Below are positions 17,080-26,928 of a DNA stretch of 64,000 bases, piece after piece. The position numbers and the translations under genes are program-made. Position 1 is the stretch's first letter. Every line of letters begins with the position of its first letter. Source of the DNA: a virus; the IMG/VR virus record IMGVR_UViG_3300045971_000356, positions 102,303 to 166,302 of that record; one strand, written 5' to 3'. Below the pieces are notes generated by a model. The model ran no database searches. It worked only from the letters and a program-made list of their open reading frames with translations, and was not told where the DNA came from.

Positions 17080-19269
17080 ATGAGAGTAAAACACTTTATC
17101 GCAGAACAGCAATTAGACGAGTTGGCAATGAACCCAACCTCCCTCCGCAGTGTCGCCGCAAAAATAGATGCCCGCGTTGGCATGGAGTTTGAAATGTATG
17201 TGCCCGACACAAATGGCGGAGAAGGCGATAGTGATTACGATGAATGGGAACCAGATTACGAAATGGATGAGTCAGTGTCTGATTTTGCCGACATTATAGC
17301 ATTCTTTAACAGCGGTGAATTTGCGGGCTCTTCTGGCCGTGCTTTAGGATTGTTTAAAGAGAAAATGGAGGAAGAATTTTTCGAATGGGTAGAAGAACAA
17401 ATACACGATAGTTGGCGCAAAGAAGGTCGTGATGCTATACGCGACTACATGGTAAACAACGATCTGTGGGACGAGGACGAGGCAATCACACTTGCGTTTG
17501 AGGAAATGGATCTCACAGACGACGAGAAAAATCGTGCTGAAAAAGTTGGAGCCCAGTTAAATGCCCGGAAATATAATCGCGTAAAAGGTGAAGTAAGTTA
17601 TCGCGGTGATGATGAAAAAAATTGGGATGAAGCAGCCAAAAGAGCAGAAGATGCGTTTGAAGAACGGGTTGGTGAAGAGTGGCAAGGGGAAGGTGAAATA
17701 TCCGACGCTGCTTTTGAAGAATACCAAAGTGAGGAACGCGAGAACTATTCAGAGCAAGATTTTTTGCGTGACAAAGGAATAAGAACAGCACTTAACGCTT
17801 TTGAAGAATTTGAACCGCGTGATGTCAACTGGCCACACATGGTCAATGTTGGCGGTGGCGGAAATGGGTCGCAGAGCGCAGATGATGTGGCACGAGATTT
17901 TGAAGAAATGATAGGTCGCCCAGTAATGTCAAGCGATAACTATCATGGAGTAAAGCGTAACGGTGTATCATACATTGTGGAGCCAGACTCAAGTTTAGAT
18001 GAGGCTAATAGCGGCGAGGATGCTGGGTTAGAGTTTGTATCCCCACCACTGCCTGTCAATGACATGCTGTCCGATTTAAAGAAAGTTAAAACATGGTGTG
18101 ACGATAAGGGATGCTACACTAACAGCAGCACTGGGTTACATATAAACATTAGTGTGCCAGGGATGGATGAAGAAGGTAAGTTAGATTATGTGAAGTTAGC
18201 ATTGCTCATGGGTGACAAGCATGTCATTGACCAGTTTGGTAGAGCAGGTAACACTTACGCAAAGTCCGCAATGGACATGATTAAAACTGCGGTTAGAACT
18301 CGCCCTGAGTCCGCCGCAGCAATGCTTGACAAAATGAAGGGCGGACTTGACAAGTTAGCAAGTAAAATAATTCACACCGGTAAAACAGAAAAATACACCA
18401 GCATCAACAACAAAGGAAACTACATAGAGTTTCGTAGTCCAGGCGATGACTGGCTTGGGAAATATTACAATCAGATTGAACCCACAGTGTTGCGTTTAGT
18501 TGTGGCGCTGGACGCAGCATGCGATCCAGAAAAATCTCGCCAAGAGTATCTTAAAAAGTTATACACTTTGCTAACACCATCGTCAAGCGCAGATCCACTC
18601 GCATATTTCGCACAGTATGCGGCAGGGGAGATTCCTAAGGCTGCGTTACGCTCGTTCATCAAACAGGTTCAGTTGACACGAAAAACTAAGCGTGAAGATG
18701 AAAAATTTGGCCCAGTGACAACTTGGACTGTCACTGACAATGTTTATGGGTATGTCAAGGGGGTCAAAGCACGGTCAGCAGCAGAGGCAATATCTGCTAC
18801 TAAACTTCTTTTAGGTGGAGATAGTGTGAATGCTCCGGATAGTCAGTTTACTGCGGTACAAAAAACACCGCAGCAAGCACCAGTGGACAATCTTGAAGGT
18901 AGGCCGTGGGCAAGATGGCGTATAAATGCTACTGCTGGCCGCACTATCCCAGTTTCTGCCAGGTCACATGCTGAGGCTATTCAACGGTGCGGTATACCAG
19001 AAGAACAAATAGTCAGTGTTGTCATTGACGATGGAAATTTAAGACCACCGCAGCAGGAACCTCAACGTAGAGAAGAGACCGACTTTGGCGAAGATGTTCC
19101 ATGGGAAATATACGATAGAGCATCAGGTGAGCGAAGATTTGTATCGTTTATGTCACAAGCAAATAATGGTCAGTTGGCGGCAGCAAACGCAGTAGCAATG
19201 TTAAACAACATAGCCACACCTGATGATCAGCGTCGTGGATTAGGTGTGCGTATGGTAGGTGGTGTGTAA
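17080..19269 (+). CDS. Putative amidoligase (COOH-NH2 ligase type 2) with capsid-targeting-like N-terminus
   Basis: GMEFE, EPDSSL, GLEFVSP, STGLHINI, KY.SIN, IEFRSPG; starts MRVKHFIAE. Confidence 0.8.
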   Translation: MRVKHFIAEQQLDELAMNPTSLRSVAAKIDARVGMEFEMYVPDTNGGEGDSDYDEWEPDYEMDESVSDFADIIAFFNSGEFAGSSGRALGLFKEKMEEEFFEWVEEQIHDSWRKEGRDAIRDYMVNNDLWDEDEAITLAFEEMDLTDDEKNRAEKVGAQLNARKYNRVKGEVSYRGDDEKNWDEAAKRAEDAFEERVGEEWQGEGEISDAAFEEYQSEERENYSEQDFLRDKGIRTALNAFEEFEPRDVNWPHMVNVGGGGNGSQSADDVARDFEEMIGRPVMSSDNYHGVKRNGVSYIVEPDSSLDEANSGEDAGLEFVSPPLPVNDMLSDLKKVKTWCDDKGCYTNSSTGLHINISVPGMDEEGKLDYVKLALLMGDKHVIDQFGRAGNTYAKSAMDMIKTAVRTRPESAAAMLDKMKGGLDKLASKIIHTGKTEKYTSINNKGNYIEFRSPGDDWLGKYYNQIEPTVLRLVVALDAACDPEKSRQEYLKKLYTLLTPSSSADPLAYFAQYAAGEIPKAALRSFIKQVQLTRKTKREDEKFGPVTTWTVTDNVYGYVKGVKARSAAEAISATKLLLGGDSVNAPDSQFTAVQKTPQQAPVDNLEGRPWARWRINATAGRTIPVSARSHAEAIQRCGIPEEQIVSVVIDDGNLRPPQQEPQRREETDFGEDVPWEIYDRASGERRFVSFMSQANNGQLAAANAVAMLNNIATPDDQRRGLGVRMVGGV

Positions 19270-20630
19270 TGTTTTTAACCGAATTTTTTAAAGATGATGA
19301 GCGTGCTCAGATTGAAAGATTACGCGGCACTATTCCACTTGAAACCTGGTGTTCTATTCTCGAACATCACTTAGTCAATGACAGCATACCACTATTGGAA
19401 TCACTTGATCAGAATTTAGTTGATAAAATTAGAAATACCCAATCGTTATCCGCAAGCGTGTCAGTGGGTGACGAATGTATAATTATGCCAATTATTATTA
19501 TCAATAATACGTTACAAATATATGACACTCAAGGAAATTACCCAGCAAAGTCTCAAGTGGAATTTAGTTTAGTAACAGCGAAAGACGGACAGGTTATAAC
19601 AGTTAAATTTAATGATGGCACAGTGTCAACCTTTCCAAATGAGAGATTGTCAAAGCTAACTTATATGACGGTGATTTTATCCAAAAGTAAACAAGACTAT
19701 AACAAATTGCTGACATGGGTAAAATCAATAAGCGATACTGATCTTCCGCCAGTGGCGACCTTGGCAGAATCAAAATTGATGGAATCTGCGACCGCAGAAA
19801 TCTACCACTATGCTAACACGAGCCTTGCGGCAAAGATAATGCGTGACGGTATGTTCAAGTTGAGCAACACTACAGGCAACCAATCTGAAGAAAAATACGC
19901 ATTGCCTGGCTATCCATATTTTTTAAGCACTACTCGAAGTAAAGTGGGTGACTACCATCGCTATGCTGGCTCATCAGCCTGTATGTTTGTTCTTGATGGC
20001 AACTGGTTTAACCAGCATTATAAATCACGCCCAATAGATTACTGGGATCGCTCGTGGAACTATCCTGATTCCCCACGTACTCGTGAAAGTGAAGATCGTA
20101 TTTACAGCAAGTCCCCGTCTATTCCGTTAAACGGCGTTAAAGCAGTTCATGTGTACATTCAAGAACAAAGCGAGTATAGAAGTCCAGAAGTTCGCGGTAT
20201 TTTAATCCAAGCTAAGAAGATGGGCATACAAGCTTATCTATACACTGATGAAACTGCGTGGAGATTACAAAATATTCGCCGTGCTGTAACACCAGGACAA
20301 GCCGCAGCGGTGCTAAAAGGTCCACAACAGCCTGGTTATTCACGCCAACCGTATGACGCAGTTGAGCCATGGTTAGAACTAATCATGAAAAAGAACAAGG
20401 CAGAGTTGTCACCCAAGGCAGAGAAATTGCGTTATAATTTAGTGTACTATGGATCACGATACGAAAACGAGGACAGTGGATTGTCGAATGACATGGCAAA
20501 CTCCCGCAAGCCAGACTCTGGCGGCTACGACATCGCAGTGAAGATAACGGACTACATGCGTAGAAATAGAATACCAGATTTGCTTACATTGAAAAACATG
20601 CTGGTTAAAAAGTGGGATAACATCAAATGA
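19269..20630 (+). CDS. Putative internal virion protein; C-terminal half possibly ADP-ribosyltransferase-like
   Basis: IYH...FLSTTRS...ESEDRI ordering; internal L-x-E sites. Confidence 0.45.
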   Translation: MFLTEFFKDDERAQIERLRGTIPLETWCSILEHHLVNDSIPLLESLDQNLVDKIRNTQSLSASVSVGDECIIMPIIIINNTLQIYDTQGNYPAKSQVEFSLVTAKDGQVITVKFNDGTVSTFPNERLSKLTYMTVILSKSKQDYNKLLTWVKSISDTDLPPVATLAESKLMESATAEIYHYANTSLAAKIMRDGMFKLSNTTGNQSEEKYALPGYPYFLSTTRSKVGDYHRYAGSSACMFVLDGNWFNQHYKSRPIDYWDRSWNYPDSPRTRESEDRIYSKSPSIPLNGVKAVHVYIQEQSEYRSPEVRGILIQAKKMGIQAYLYTDETAWRLQNIRRAVTPGQAAAVLKGPQQPGYSRQPYDAVEPWLELIMKKNKAELSPKAEKLRYNLVYYGSRYENEDSGLSNDMANSRKPDSGGYDIAVKITDYMRRNRIPDLLTLKNMLVKKWDNIK

Positions 20631-20783
20631 CTAATCAAAATAATACCCCAATTAAAAGACGAAGGTTATATAAAGAGCAATCTGAAAATTCTGTTCTAAA
20701 AAATAATGCTTCGATCGAAAATCAATTGTCGCAAACAGTTATAATAATGCGTCAAATGCATGCTCTTGTTACGAAGTTAGAAC

Positions 20784-21086
20784 ATGAAAATCAAAGAAAT
20801 ACTAAGTGAGTCAGCGGATTGGATCCACAATTTTTGGCTACTTCATTCAGTGGACATTAAATCTTTCTTGGACGATACACAAAAATTATATCAATTGTAT
20901 AATGTATCATCGGAAAAAGATTTAATTAAATCTGAATTAGTGAGGACATATAGTTATTTAGATGAATTATTGCGAAATCCAAAATGGGAACACCTTGAAG
21001 AAGATCCAGATTATGACAAGATATATGATGGTTTACTTGATGTTTACGAAGGTATTCAATCTTTTTTACGAGCAAATAGTAAATGA
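20784..21086 (+). CDS. Putative internal head protein
   Basis: Starts MKIKEILSE; similar to 21487..21795. Confidence 0.65.
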   Translation: MKIKEILSESADWIHNFWLLHSVDIKSFLDDTQKLYQLYNVSSEKDLIKSELVRTYSYLDELLRNPKWEHLEEDPDYDKIYDGLLDVYEGIQSFLRANSK

Positions 21087-21490
21087 AATCCACAGAGTTT
21101 ATTGACGAGCATAGTAACTATGCTATCAACCCAGCATACACACCAGAGGTAATGCGTGAGCTAACTCTTATGTGCCGCGCGGCTGAAGGTTACTTTGAAA
21201 AGCATGGGTTCAAACTACACTTCACTGACCACTTTTTCGATCAGATGAAATTAAAGCGTGGCAATCGCGACATTTACACTACACAGGATTTAATGGCAAC
21301 GCTGGTGAAGATTTTACAACGCGGCATGCAGTTTTTCAAAGGCAAAGTGCCAGGCACAAATTTTGTTTTTTACGATCAGCACACTAATATTCACATCGCA
21401 ATAAAGCGTGATAATGTAGATTTTTATGTTGCTACTACCACTGTTCGCGACTACAAATGGACTGGTGAAGGACAGGTGATAAGACTATGA
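21083..21490 (+). CDS. Putative internal head protein
   Basis: Starts MKSTEFIDE; FTDHFFDQ motif. Confidence 0.65.
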   Translation: MKSTEFIDEHSNYAINPAYTPEVMRELTLMCRAAEGYFEKHGFKLHFTDHFFDQMKLKRGNRDIYTTQDLMATLVKILQRGMQFFKGKVPGTNFVFYDQHTNIHIAIKRDNVDFYVATTTVRDYKWTGEGQVIRL

Positions 21491-21795
21491 GAGCAAAAGA
21501 ATTTATTACTGAGTCGGCTGAGACTATTGAAACGTATTTGGCACTTATGGGATTTTCATACACAAAGTTAGAGCAGCAGTCTTCTTTAGTAAAACAATAT
21601 TATGATGCCCACAAAATAAGTCATGAAAAAATGAAGAGTTATCTAATAGATATCAATATAGCAATACACTCAGTCACTGACGACCCAAATGTATGGAATA
21701 AATTCAGTGATGATCCGGAAGTTAGTGTTATATACAACAAGATAGCAACCTTGGCAAATAGCAACTATGAATATTTAGAGAGGAATACAGCATAA
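21487..21795 (+). CDS. Putative internal head protein
   Basis: Starts MRAKEFITE. Confidence 0.65.
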   Translation: MRAKEFITESAETIETYLALMGFSYTKLEQQSSLVKQYYDAHKISHEKMKSYLIDINIAIHSVTDDPNVWNKFSDDPEVSVIYNKIATLANSNYEYLERNTA

Positions 21796-22388
21796 TGTTT
21801 AACAGAATACCACTGTGGAATGAGCGGCAAATTTTAATTAGCGAATCAACATATCTTGCTGATACCCATTGGGAAAAAAACCTTGCTTTGCGCGGAAAAA
21901 AAGTTGAGGTAATGCTTGAACAAATAAGTAGTGAATTAAACGAGGTAAACATAGACAACAGCAAGGGTGCTGGTGCTGTACCATACAATGCTGACGTTGA
22001 TTACTTTGGTGTTCGTGTGTTGATGGAACCGTCTACATTTTTAGCGTTAGCAGCACCACTGACAGAGCCAGTGAGCAAAGAAGGGCTAATGAAGCATTTA
22101 CAAAATGGCGGTTCCATTGGTGCTCCATTCCTTGATATCAATGTGCCGCCAGAGTGGGACGATGGCAACTTCAAGCAGTATGCTAAGATACGCGGGCACG
22201 AAGGTCGCAACAGGATGATGGCAGTTATGGATCTTGAAGGCGATGCTCCTATTGAGGTGCATTTGTTTTTCAAGCAGTATCGCCGCCGCGAAGTAACAGA
22301 TCAGATGATTGCTAAGGCCAATGAGGGTATGATTAGAGAACAAACGACCACATTGATACCTGGACCATTGTTTAAGGTAGTAGCATGA
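21795..22388 (+). CDS. ParB/Srx-like protein
   Basis: APFL...IRGHEGRNR motif. Confidence 0.55.
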   Translation: MFNRIPLWNERQILISESTYLADTHWEKNLALRGKKVEVMLEQISSELNEVNIDNSKGAGAVPYNADVDYFGVRVLMEPSTFLALAAPLTEPVSKEGLMKHLQNGGSIGAPFLDINVPPEWDDGNFKQYAKIRGHEGRNRMMAVMDLEGDAPIEVHLFFKQYRRREVTDQMIAKANEGMIREQTTTLIPGPLFKVVA

Positions 22389-22828
22389 GAGCAACTGAAT
22401 TCTTATCTGAAGGTATTATCAACTGGGTATCAAGAAAACTTGGTAGAGCGTGGGGCAAGCCCGGAGACGTAGTACATGGTAATGTGGTGGCAGACTATTT
22501 AGAAAATTCAACGTACCATACAGAAAGCAAGCTAAAAAAAATTAGAAAAAGTAAATTTCAATTGACTAATTTAGATTTAGCGACAGCCGAGAAATACAGG
22601 CATTTTACTAACTCCCAAAATCACGGGTCCGTTATAGATATTGACAAATTAGATAATGCACGGCAGATGAAGATTACATATGACAGCTTGATTAAATATC
22701 CCCCAGTGTTAGCACACGATGGATTTATTTGGGATGGCAATCATCGTCTTGAACGAGCAATAGAGTTGCAGTTACCCAGCATTCCTGTATTATTACAAGT
22801 TAGTATGGATAAAAGGAGTAGTATATGA
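22385..22828 (+). CDS. ParB/Srx-like protein with capsid-targeting-like tag
   Basis: MRATEFLSE; PPVL..IWDGNHRL. Confidence 0.7.
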   Translation: MRATEFLSEGIINWVSRKLGRAWGKPGDVVHGNVVADYLENSTYHTESKLKKIRKSKFQLTNLDLATAEKYRHFTNSQNHGSVIDIDKLDNARQMKITYDSLIKYPPVLAHDGFIWDGNHRLERAIELQLPSIPVLLQVSMDKRSSI

Positions 22829-22980
22829 ATGATCAACCAGAAAAATTACAATTCAATATTGACGGCTCAATTAAAGAAAATAGTCAACCCATTGATGCCG
22901 CACAAGAAAAAAAGTATTTAGACGATCTTGCAGTAGAGATAAATCAATGGTGTGAGGAAATCTTAAATGCGAGCAACTGA
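22825..22980 (+). CDS. Small hypothetical protein (51 aa, not in the ORF track)
   Basis: AAGGAG RBS and ATGA overlap. Confidence 0.55.
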   Translation: MNDQPEKLQFNIDGSIKENSQPIDAAQEKKYLDDLAVEINQWCEEILNASN

Positions 22981-23446
22981 ATTTTTACTTGAAGCAACCG
23001 GTGGGATCATGAACATTTTGCGCCGTGAGTTACCGGGCTGGCCTGATTATATTATCAAGGATATGGTCTACACTACTATCAATAATCAGAAAGATTTAGA
23101 AGAGAAGATAGAGCATGTACGGTGGTTAGCAACACAAATTTCATCTTGGAAATTCTATCCTAAAATGCCACTTACATTTGATATGCTAAGTCAAGACACA
23201 CAAAAGAAAATGAAAGTTGATCGTAACTTTGGATCTAAGAATCCGTTTGGAGTCGTTAACGATGAACAGCGAAGTGCTACTGCTGATACTATTGTTGGCA
23301 GTAAGGGGATGGAAAATTTGCCACCAGTGATAATGGTTAAAGAAGCAGACGGGCTCGACTTGTGGGAAGGTTGGCATAGAACCATGGCAGCATTTCGGTC
23401 TCACCCAGAAGGATTTAAAATAAATGCGTGGATAGGACAAAAATGA
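22967..23446 (+). CDS. ParB/Srx-like protein with capsid-targeting-like tag
   Basis: MRATEFLLE; PPVIM..LWEGWHR. Confidence 0.65.
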   Translation: MRATEFLLEATGGIMNILRRELPGWPDYIIKDMVYTTINNQKDLEEKIEHVRWLATQISSWKFYPKMPLTFDMLSQDTQKKMKVDRNFGSKNPFGVVNDEQRSATADTIVGSKGMENLPPVIMVKEADGLDLWEGWHRTMAAFRSHPEGFKINAWIGQK

Positions 23447-24096
23447 GAGCAAACGAATTTTTACTTGAAGGATTAAATCATCCAATGATTGTAGTGGATG
23501 TACAGCCAGAGTACGCTTACTATACACCACAGACTGAAAAAATCTGTGCTGACATTATTCGCTTTGTCACTAAGCAAACTGGTCCAGTGTTGATGCTTGT
23601 CAATGCTGAGGATTCTGGCGTATCTGCAGACACAAAAGAGTTTATCACACAATATTGGAACAACATAGATGTTGAAGATTGGGACGACGAAGATCCGTCT
23701 GTCGTAACCAACAACGTTAACTGGTCGCGGTTTACCTTCATTGATAAGGGATATGGCCACCTTAGGTCCTGGATGGATCAAGGTGTTCCGCCCGCCGTTA
23801 TAATTAAAGTGATACGAGCAATGTATCAAGAAAAAGTAAACGATAGCAGAGAATTATTTGGCGGCGAAGACTCTGATGAATATGAAGCAGGAATGCAAAC
23901 TCTTATGGGAAATTATGTCAGTCATGCCATAGGCGGTGATTGTATATCCGTTGGTTGGGCGTGTGTTGCTACATTGAAAAAATTTAGTGGTGCTTACTTA
24001 GTTGGTGGCGGAAGGAACGAGTGCTTACGAGAAGTTGAATTATTGATGAATGCGTTTAACATTAAATATAAGAGAATAGACTCATTAGTATACTAA
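23443..24096 (+). CDS. Isochorismatase-fold cysteine hydrolase with capsid-targeting-like tag
   Basis: MRANEFLLE; IVVDVQ, DKG, NECL (Asp-Lys-Cys triad). Confidence 0.65.
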   Translation: MRANEFLLEGLNHPMIVVDVQPEYAYYTPQTEKICADIIRFVTKQTGPVLMLVNAEDSGVSADTKEFITQYWNNIDVEDWDDEDPSVVTNNVNWSRFTFIDKGYGHLRSWMDQGVPPAVIIKVIRAMYQEKVNDSRELFGGEDSDEYEAGMQTLMGNYVSHAIGGDCISVGWACVATLKKFSGAYLVGGGRNECLREVELLMNAFNIKYKRIDSLVY

Positions 24097-24097
24097 T

Positions 24098-25216
24098 ATG
24101 AAAATAAACGAAATATTACGAGAATTAGCCTACCCAGGCAACATTGGGATTATGGAACTAACTAAGTTCTTTCAGATGGCCACTGATGAGCAAAAAATGC
24201 ATTTTAAGAAATTAAAAGCATCAGGCAAAACAGAAGCAGCATGGAAATTTATGCAGTCTGTCGTTGATGTTAAGCTGCATGAAGGTGGCTGGGCTAACCC
24301 AGTTACACAAGGAACGCATATTACACCACAGTTAGTTGACATGGTGTTTAAAGTATTGAACATTTTCGTTAAACGATTAAATGTATTTCTACAAAGCAAG
24401 GAAATTCCGCCAGTTGAGTTAGGTAATCCTTGCGGTAGCACAACGTATTATAAACGTGATTTAATGCAAAACCCCACCCGTGAATACGGTGACATAGATG
24501 TCAACTTGTTCATCCCACGCATTGAGGGAACAACAAATAATGCTAACGCTGATATTATCCGCACTGCGGTTCAAGAGTTTTGCGAAGGTGACCCAGATTT
24601 CCAAACAAGTAACGGAACAAACGTTATCGTTAGGGTTGGAAAAGACTATATACAAGTTGATTTAATAACGGCGTTTTACCACAACAAAGAATGGACTAAT
24701 GCATTAGCACCTGAATACAATGTCAAAGGTGTGTTATGCAACAGCATTTACTCATCACTTGGCGAAGCGTTAAGCCTTAGCATTGGTGGTGGACATGGTG
24801 TTCAAGGTAAGTTTGATAGCGAAGGAAACTTAGTGCCGTTCAAAACAGTTAAAGGAGTTACTCTTAAAACGATCACAAACAAACCAGACTCGTGGGCGTT
24901 AGACATTGCTAAGTTCTTTGGATGTAAGAAAATACACCCATTGCTTAAACAATATCCAGGCAAGTTAGACGAAGTGAGAGTTGCTGACATGATAAACAGT
25001 ATTAAGGGAATTGCACTATCCATGGAGTTAAATGGAGTTGGTAACTCGTCAGAGTTACTGCAAAAAATCAAATCAATATACTTGGGCAAAATAGAGAAGG
25101 CTGCAACGAGCAGCAAGTATGACAAAGCAGCAACGCCCGAAGCAAAAGCAAAAGCAGATCACACTAAAGAAATGTTGATACAAAAGTCAACTGAATTTGC
25201 CAAAATGTTTGATTAA
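24098..25216 (+). CDS. Pol-beta-superfamily nucleotidyltransferase-like protein with capsid-targeting-like tag
   Basis: MKINEILRE; GS...YGDIDV...QVDL. Confidence 0.65.
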   Translation: MKINEILRELAYPGNIGIMELTKFFQMATDEQKMHFKKLKASGKTEAAWKFMQSVVDVKLHEGGWANPVTQGTHITPQLVDMVFKVLNIFVKRLNVFLQSKEIPPVELGNPCGSTTYYKRDLMQNPTREYGDIDVNLFIPRIEGTTNNANADIIRTAVQEFCEGDPDFQTSNGTNVIVRVGKDYIQVDLITAFYHNKEWTNALAPEYNVKGVLCNSIYSSLGEALSLSIGGGHGVQGKFDSEGNLVPFKTVKGVTLKTITNKPDSWALDIAKFFGCKKIHPLLKQYPGKLDEVRVADMINSIKGIALSMELNGVGNSSELLQKIKSIYLGKIEKAATSSKYDKAATPEAKAKADHTKEMLIQKSTEFAKMFD

Positions 25217-25271
25217 GTTGTTTTAATACAACAAAATAACCGTTGACTTTTGGCTCAAACGGCTATACAAT
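25217..25271 (+). promoter_or_regulatory. GTTG-N8-CAAC palindrome plus sigma70 promoter
   Basis: TTGACT-N17-TACAAT with ATG at 25278. Confidence 0.7.
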
Positions 25272-25277
25272 AGCCGT

Positions 25278-25430
25278 ATGAAGCAATTAATGTACGTTTA
25301 CACTTCCACCCGCAAGAATCTGTGTGGTGAACTTACACCAATCGTGATTGAAACCAATCTCACGTATGCTTTGCCTTATTGGCAGGCACGAAAACGCAGT
25401 AATCCCAAAATATTTTGGAAAATTGCTTGA
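25278..25430 (+). CDS. Small leaderless early protein (50 aa)
   Basis: ATG 6 nt after the -10 box. Confidence 0.55.
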   Translation: MKQLMYVYTSTRKNLCGELTPIVIETNLTYALPYWQARKRSNPKIFWKIA

Positions 25431-25483
25431 CTTTATTGCCTTTTGGCTGTATAATACTCACATACACAAGCAAAGGAAGTAAA

Positions 25484-25900
25484 ATGAGCACACATTCAGT
25501 TATTGGTGTTATGCACGGGGATAAATGTAAAGCAGTTTATTGTCACTGGGATGGGTACCTTGAACATAACGGGAATATGTTGTTAAAACACTACGATTCC
25601 GCCAAAGCAAATCACCTCGTTTCGTTGGGCTCCGTCAGCGCACTAGAACGCTCTGTCGTGCCCGCAACTGAAGCCCACAGCTTCGACACCCCAGAGACGG
25701 GCGTCACATTGTTCTACGGGCGCGATCGTGGGGATACGGACGTTGATTTTGAGGTTTTTCACAGCGATCAAGAGATGTTTGAGTACTACGAGGAGAGTTT
25801 CTACTACGTCATGAAGGACGGAGTGTGGTATTTTAGCAACGGTTTTCATGGCTGGATGACGCTTGAATCAGCACTAGAAACAGCAAAAGAAACGGTGTAA
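25484..25900 (+). CDS. Conserved-looking phage early protein
   Basis: Own promoter and RBS; VYCHWDGY and YGRDRG motifs. Confidence 0.75.
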   Translation: MSTHSVIGVMHGDKCKAVYCHWDGYLEHNGNMLLKHYDSAKANHLVSLGSVSALERSVVPATEAHSFDTPETGVTLFYGRDRGDTDVDFEVFHSDQEMFEYYEESFYYVMKDGVWYFSNGFHGWMTLESALETAKETV

Positions 25901-25939
25901 ACTGTTGACTTTTGGCCCTTTTAGCTGTATAATCCACGT

Positions 25940-26305
25940 ATGGAACAAGAAATCAAAACGTTAAATGCCCTTCAGCGGCGTATCACCAGAACATTATACA
26001 GATGTGTTCCTGGTAGCGCACGGGCTGGCAAAGTGCGTATGATGTACGCAAGAATCGTGCGCAAACTCGAGCTGATTCACGGTCCAGATGCTCATTGCAG
26101 CCTTGTGGACTACGATTTGGCTAACACATATTCAGACTGGCACAAAGAACTCACTGGCTCTCGCCCCAAAGCGTTTGTTACCCGTGCTGATGTGCAAGCC
26201 TGGATCATCCGTCACAGTTCACCAGAGGCTATGGCGGAGAGAATCAAACTCTGGGACGCCGAGAGCAGAATTCTTGGCAGCACTAACTACAAGGAATCAG
26301 TATGA
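25940..26305 (+). CDS. Hypothetical early protein (leaderless)
   Basis: TTGACT-N17-TATAAT-N6-ATG. Confidence 0.75.
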   Translation: MEQEIKTLNALQRRITRTLYRCVPGSARAGKVRMMYARIVRKLELIHGPDAHCSLVDYDLANTYSDWHKELTGSRPKAFVTRADVQAWIIRHSSPEAMAERIKLWDAESRILGSTNYKESV

Positions 26306-26580
26306 ACAACCCAACACCATTGCCCGAACTTGAAGAAGGCAAAAACAAAATTCTCAAAGCAGGCTGGACACTGGTCCGCAAATCTTTTGTCGCAACTGTA
26401 ACACTAATCTCCGAGATTGCAGTTATTGCGGTGATTGGCTCAATGGCTGGCTCGTACTTGTCAGCCAAAACCATCGTGTCAGACTGCCAAACTGTCAGTC
26501 TTGCCAAAGTTGGCGACACTTATATTAAATGCTCATTGGTTGAGCCAACTAAAGATCCCGTAACAGCACCCCCACGGTAA
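26302..26580 (+). CDS. Membrane protein
   Basis: TM segment; ATGA overlap. Confidence 0.65.
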   Translation: MNNPTPLPELEEGKNKILKAGWTLVRKSFVATVTLISEIAVIAVIGSMAGSYLSAKTIVSDCQTVSLAKVGDTYIKCSLVEPTKDPVTAPPR

Positions 26581-26592
26581 GGAGTATAAGTC

Positions 26593-26799
26593 ATGTTTAA
26601 GTTTTTATCTGGCATCGCGTTTGGCATTTTCATTATGGTCACTGCAACTAATCCGCAAGCGGTGAAAAATCTCGCTGGCAAAGCAGTGGACGCAACGCAC
26701 AACGGAGTCACTGCTACTGTTGAAACTCTCAACAAGCCTGAAGAATCTACTTTGGTCACTAAAGCAAAAGAAGTGGTCAAGGAAGTAGCGCCCAAGTAA
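26593..26799 (+). CDS. Small membrane-anchored protein
   Basis: AAGGAG RBS; N-terminal hydrophobic segment. Confidence 0.65.
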   Translation: MFKFLSGIAFGIFIMVTATNPQAVKNLAGKAVDATHNGVTATVETLNKPEESTLVTKAKEVVKEVAPK

Positions 26800-26928
26800 T
26801 GGCGCGAATATTTGATTTTGGTTAAATCAGTCACAAAAAACCGTTGACAAACAGGCCAAAGTCAAGTATCATTAGCACATGAAGCAAACACTTCATTTTT
26901 ATCTTTTTAACCCAAATAGGAGTTAGTT

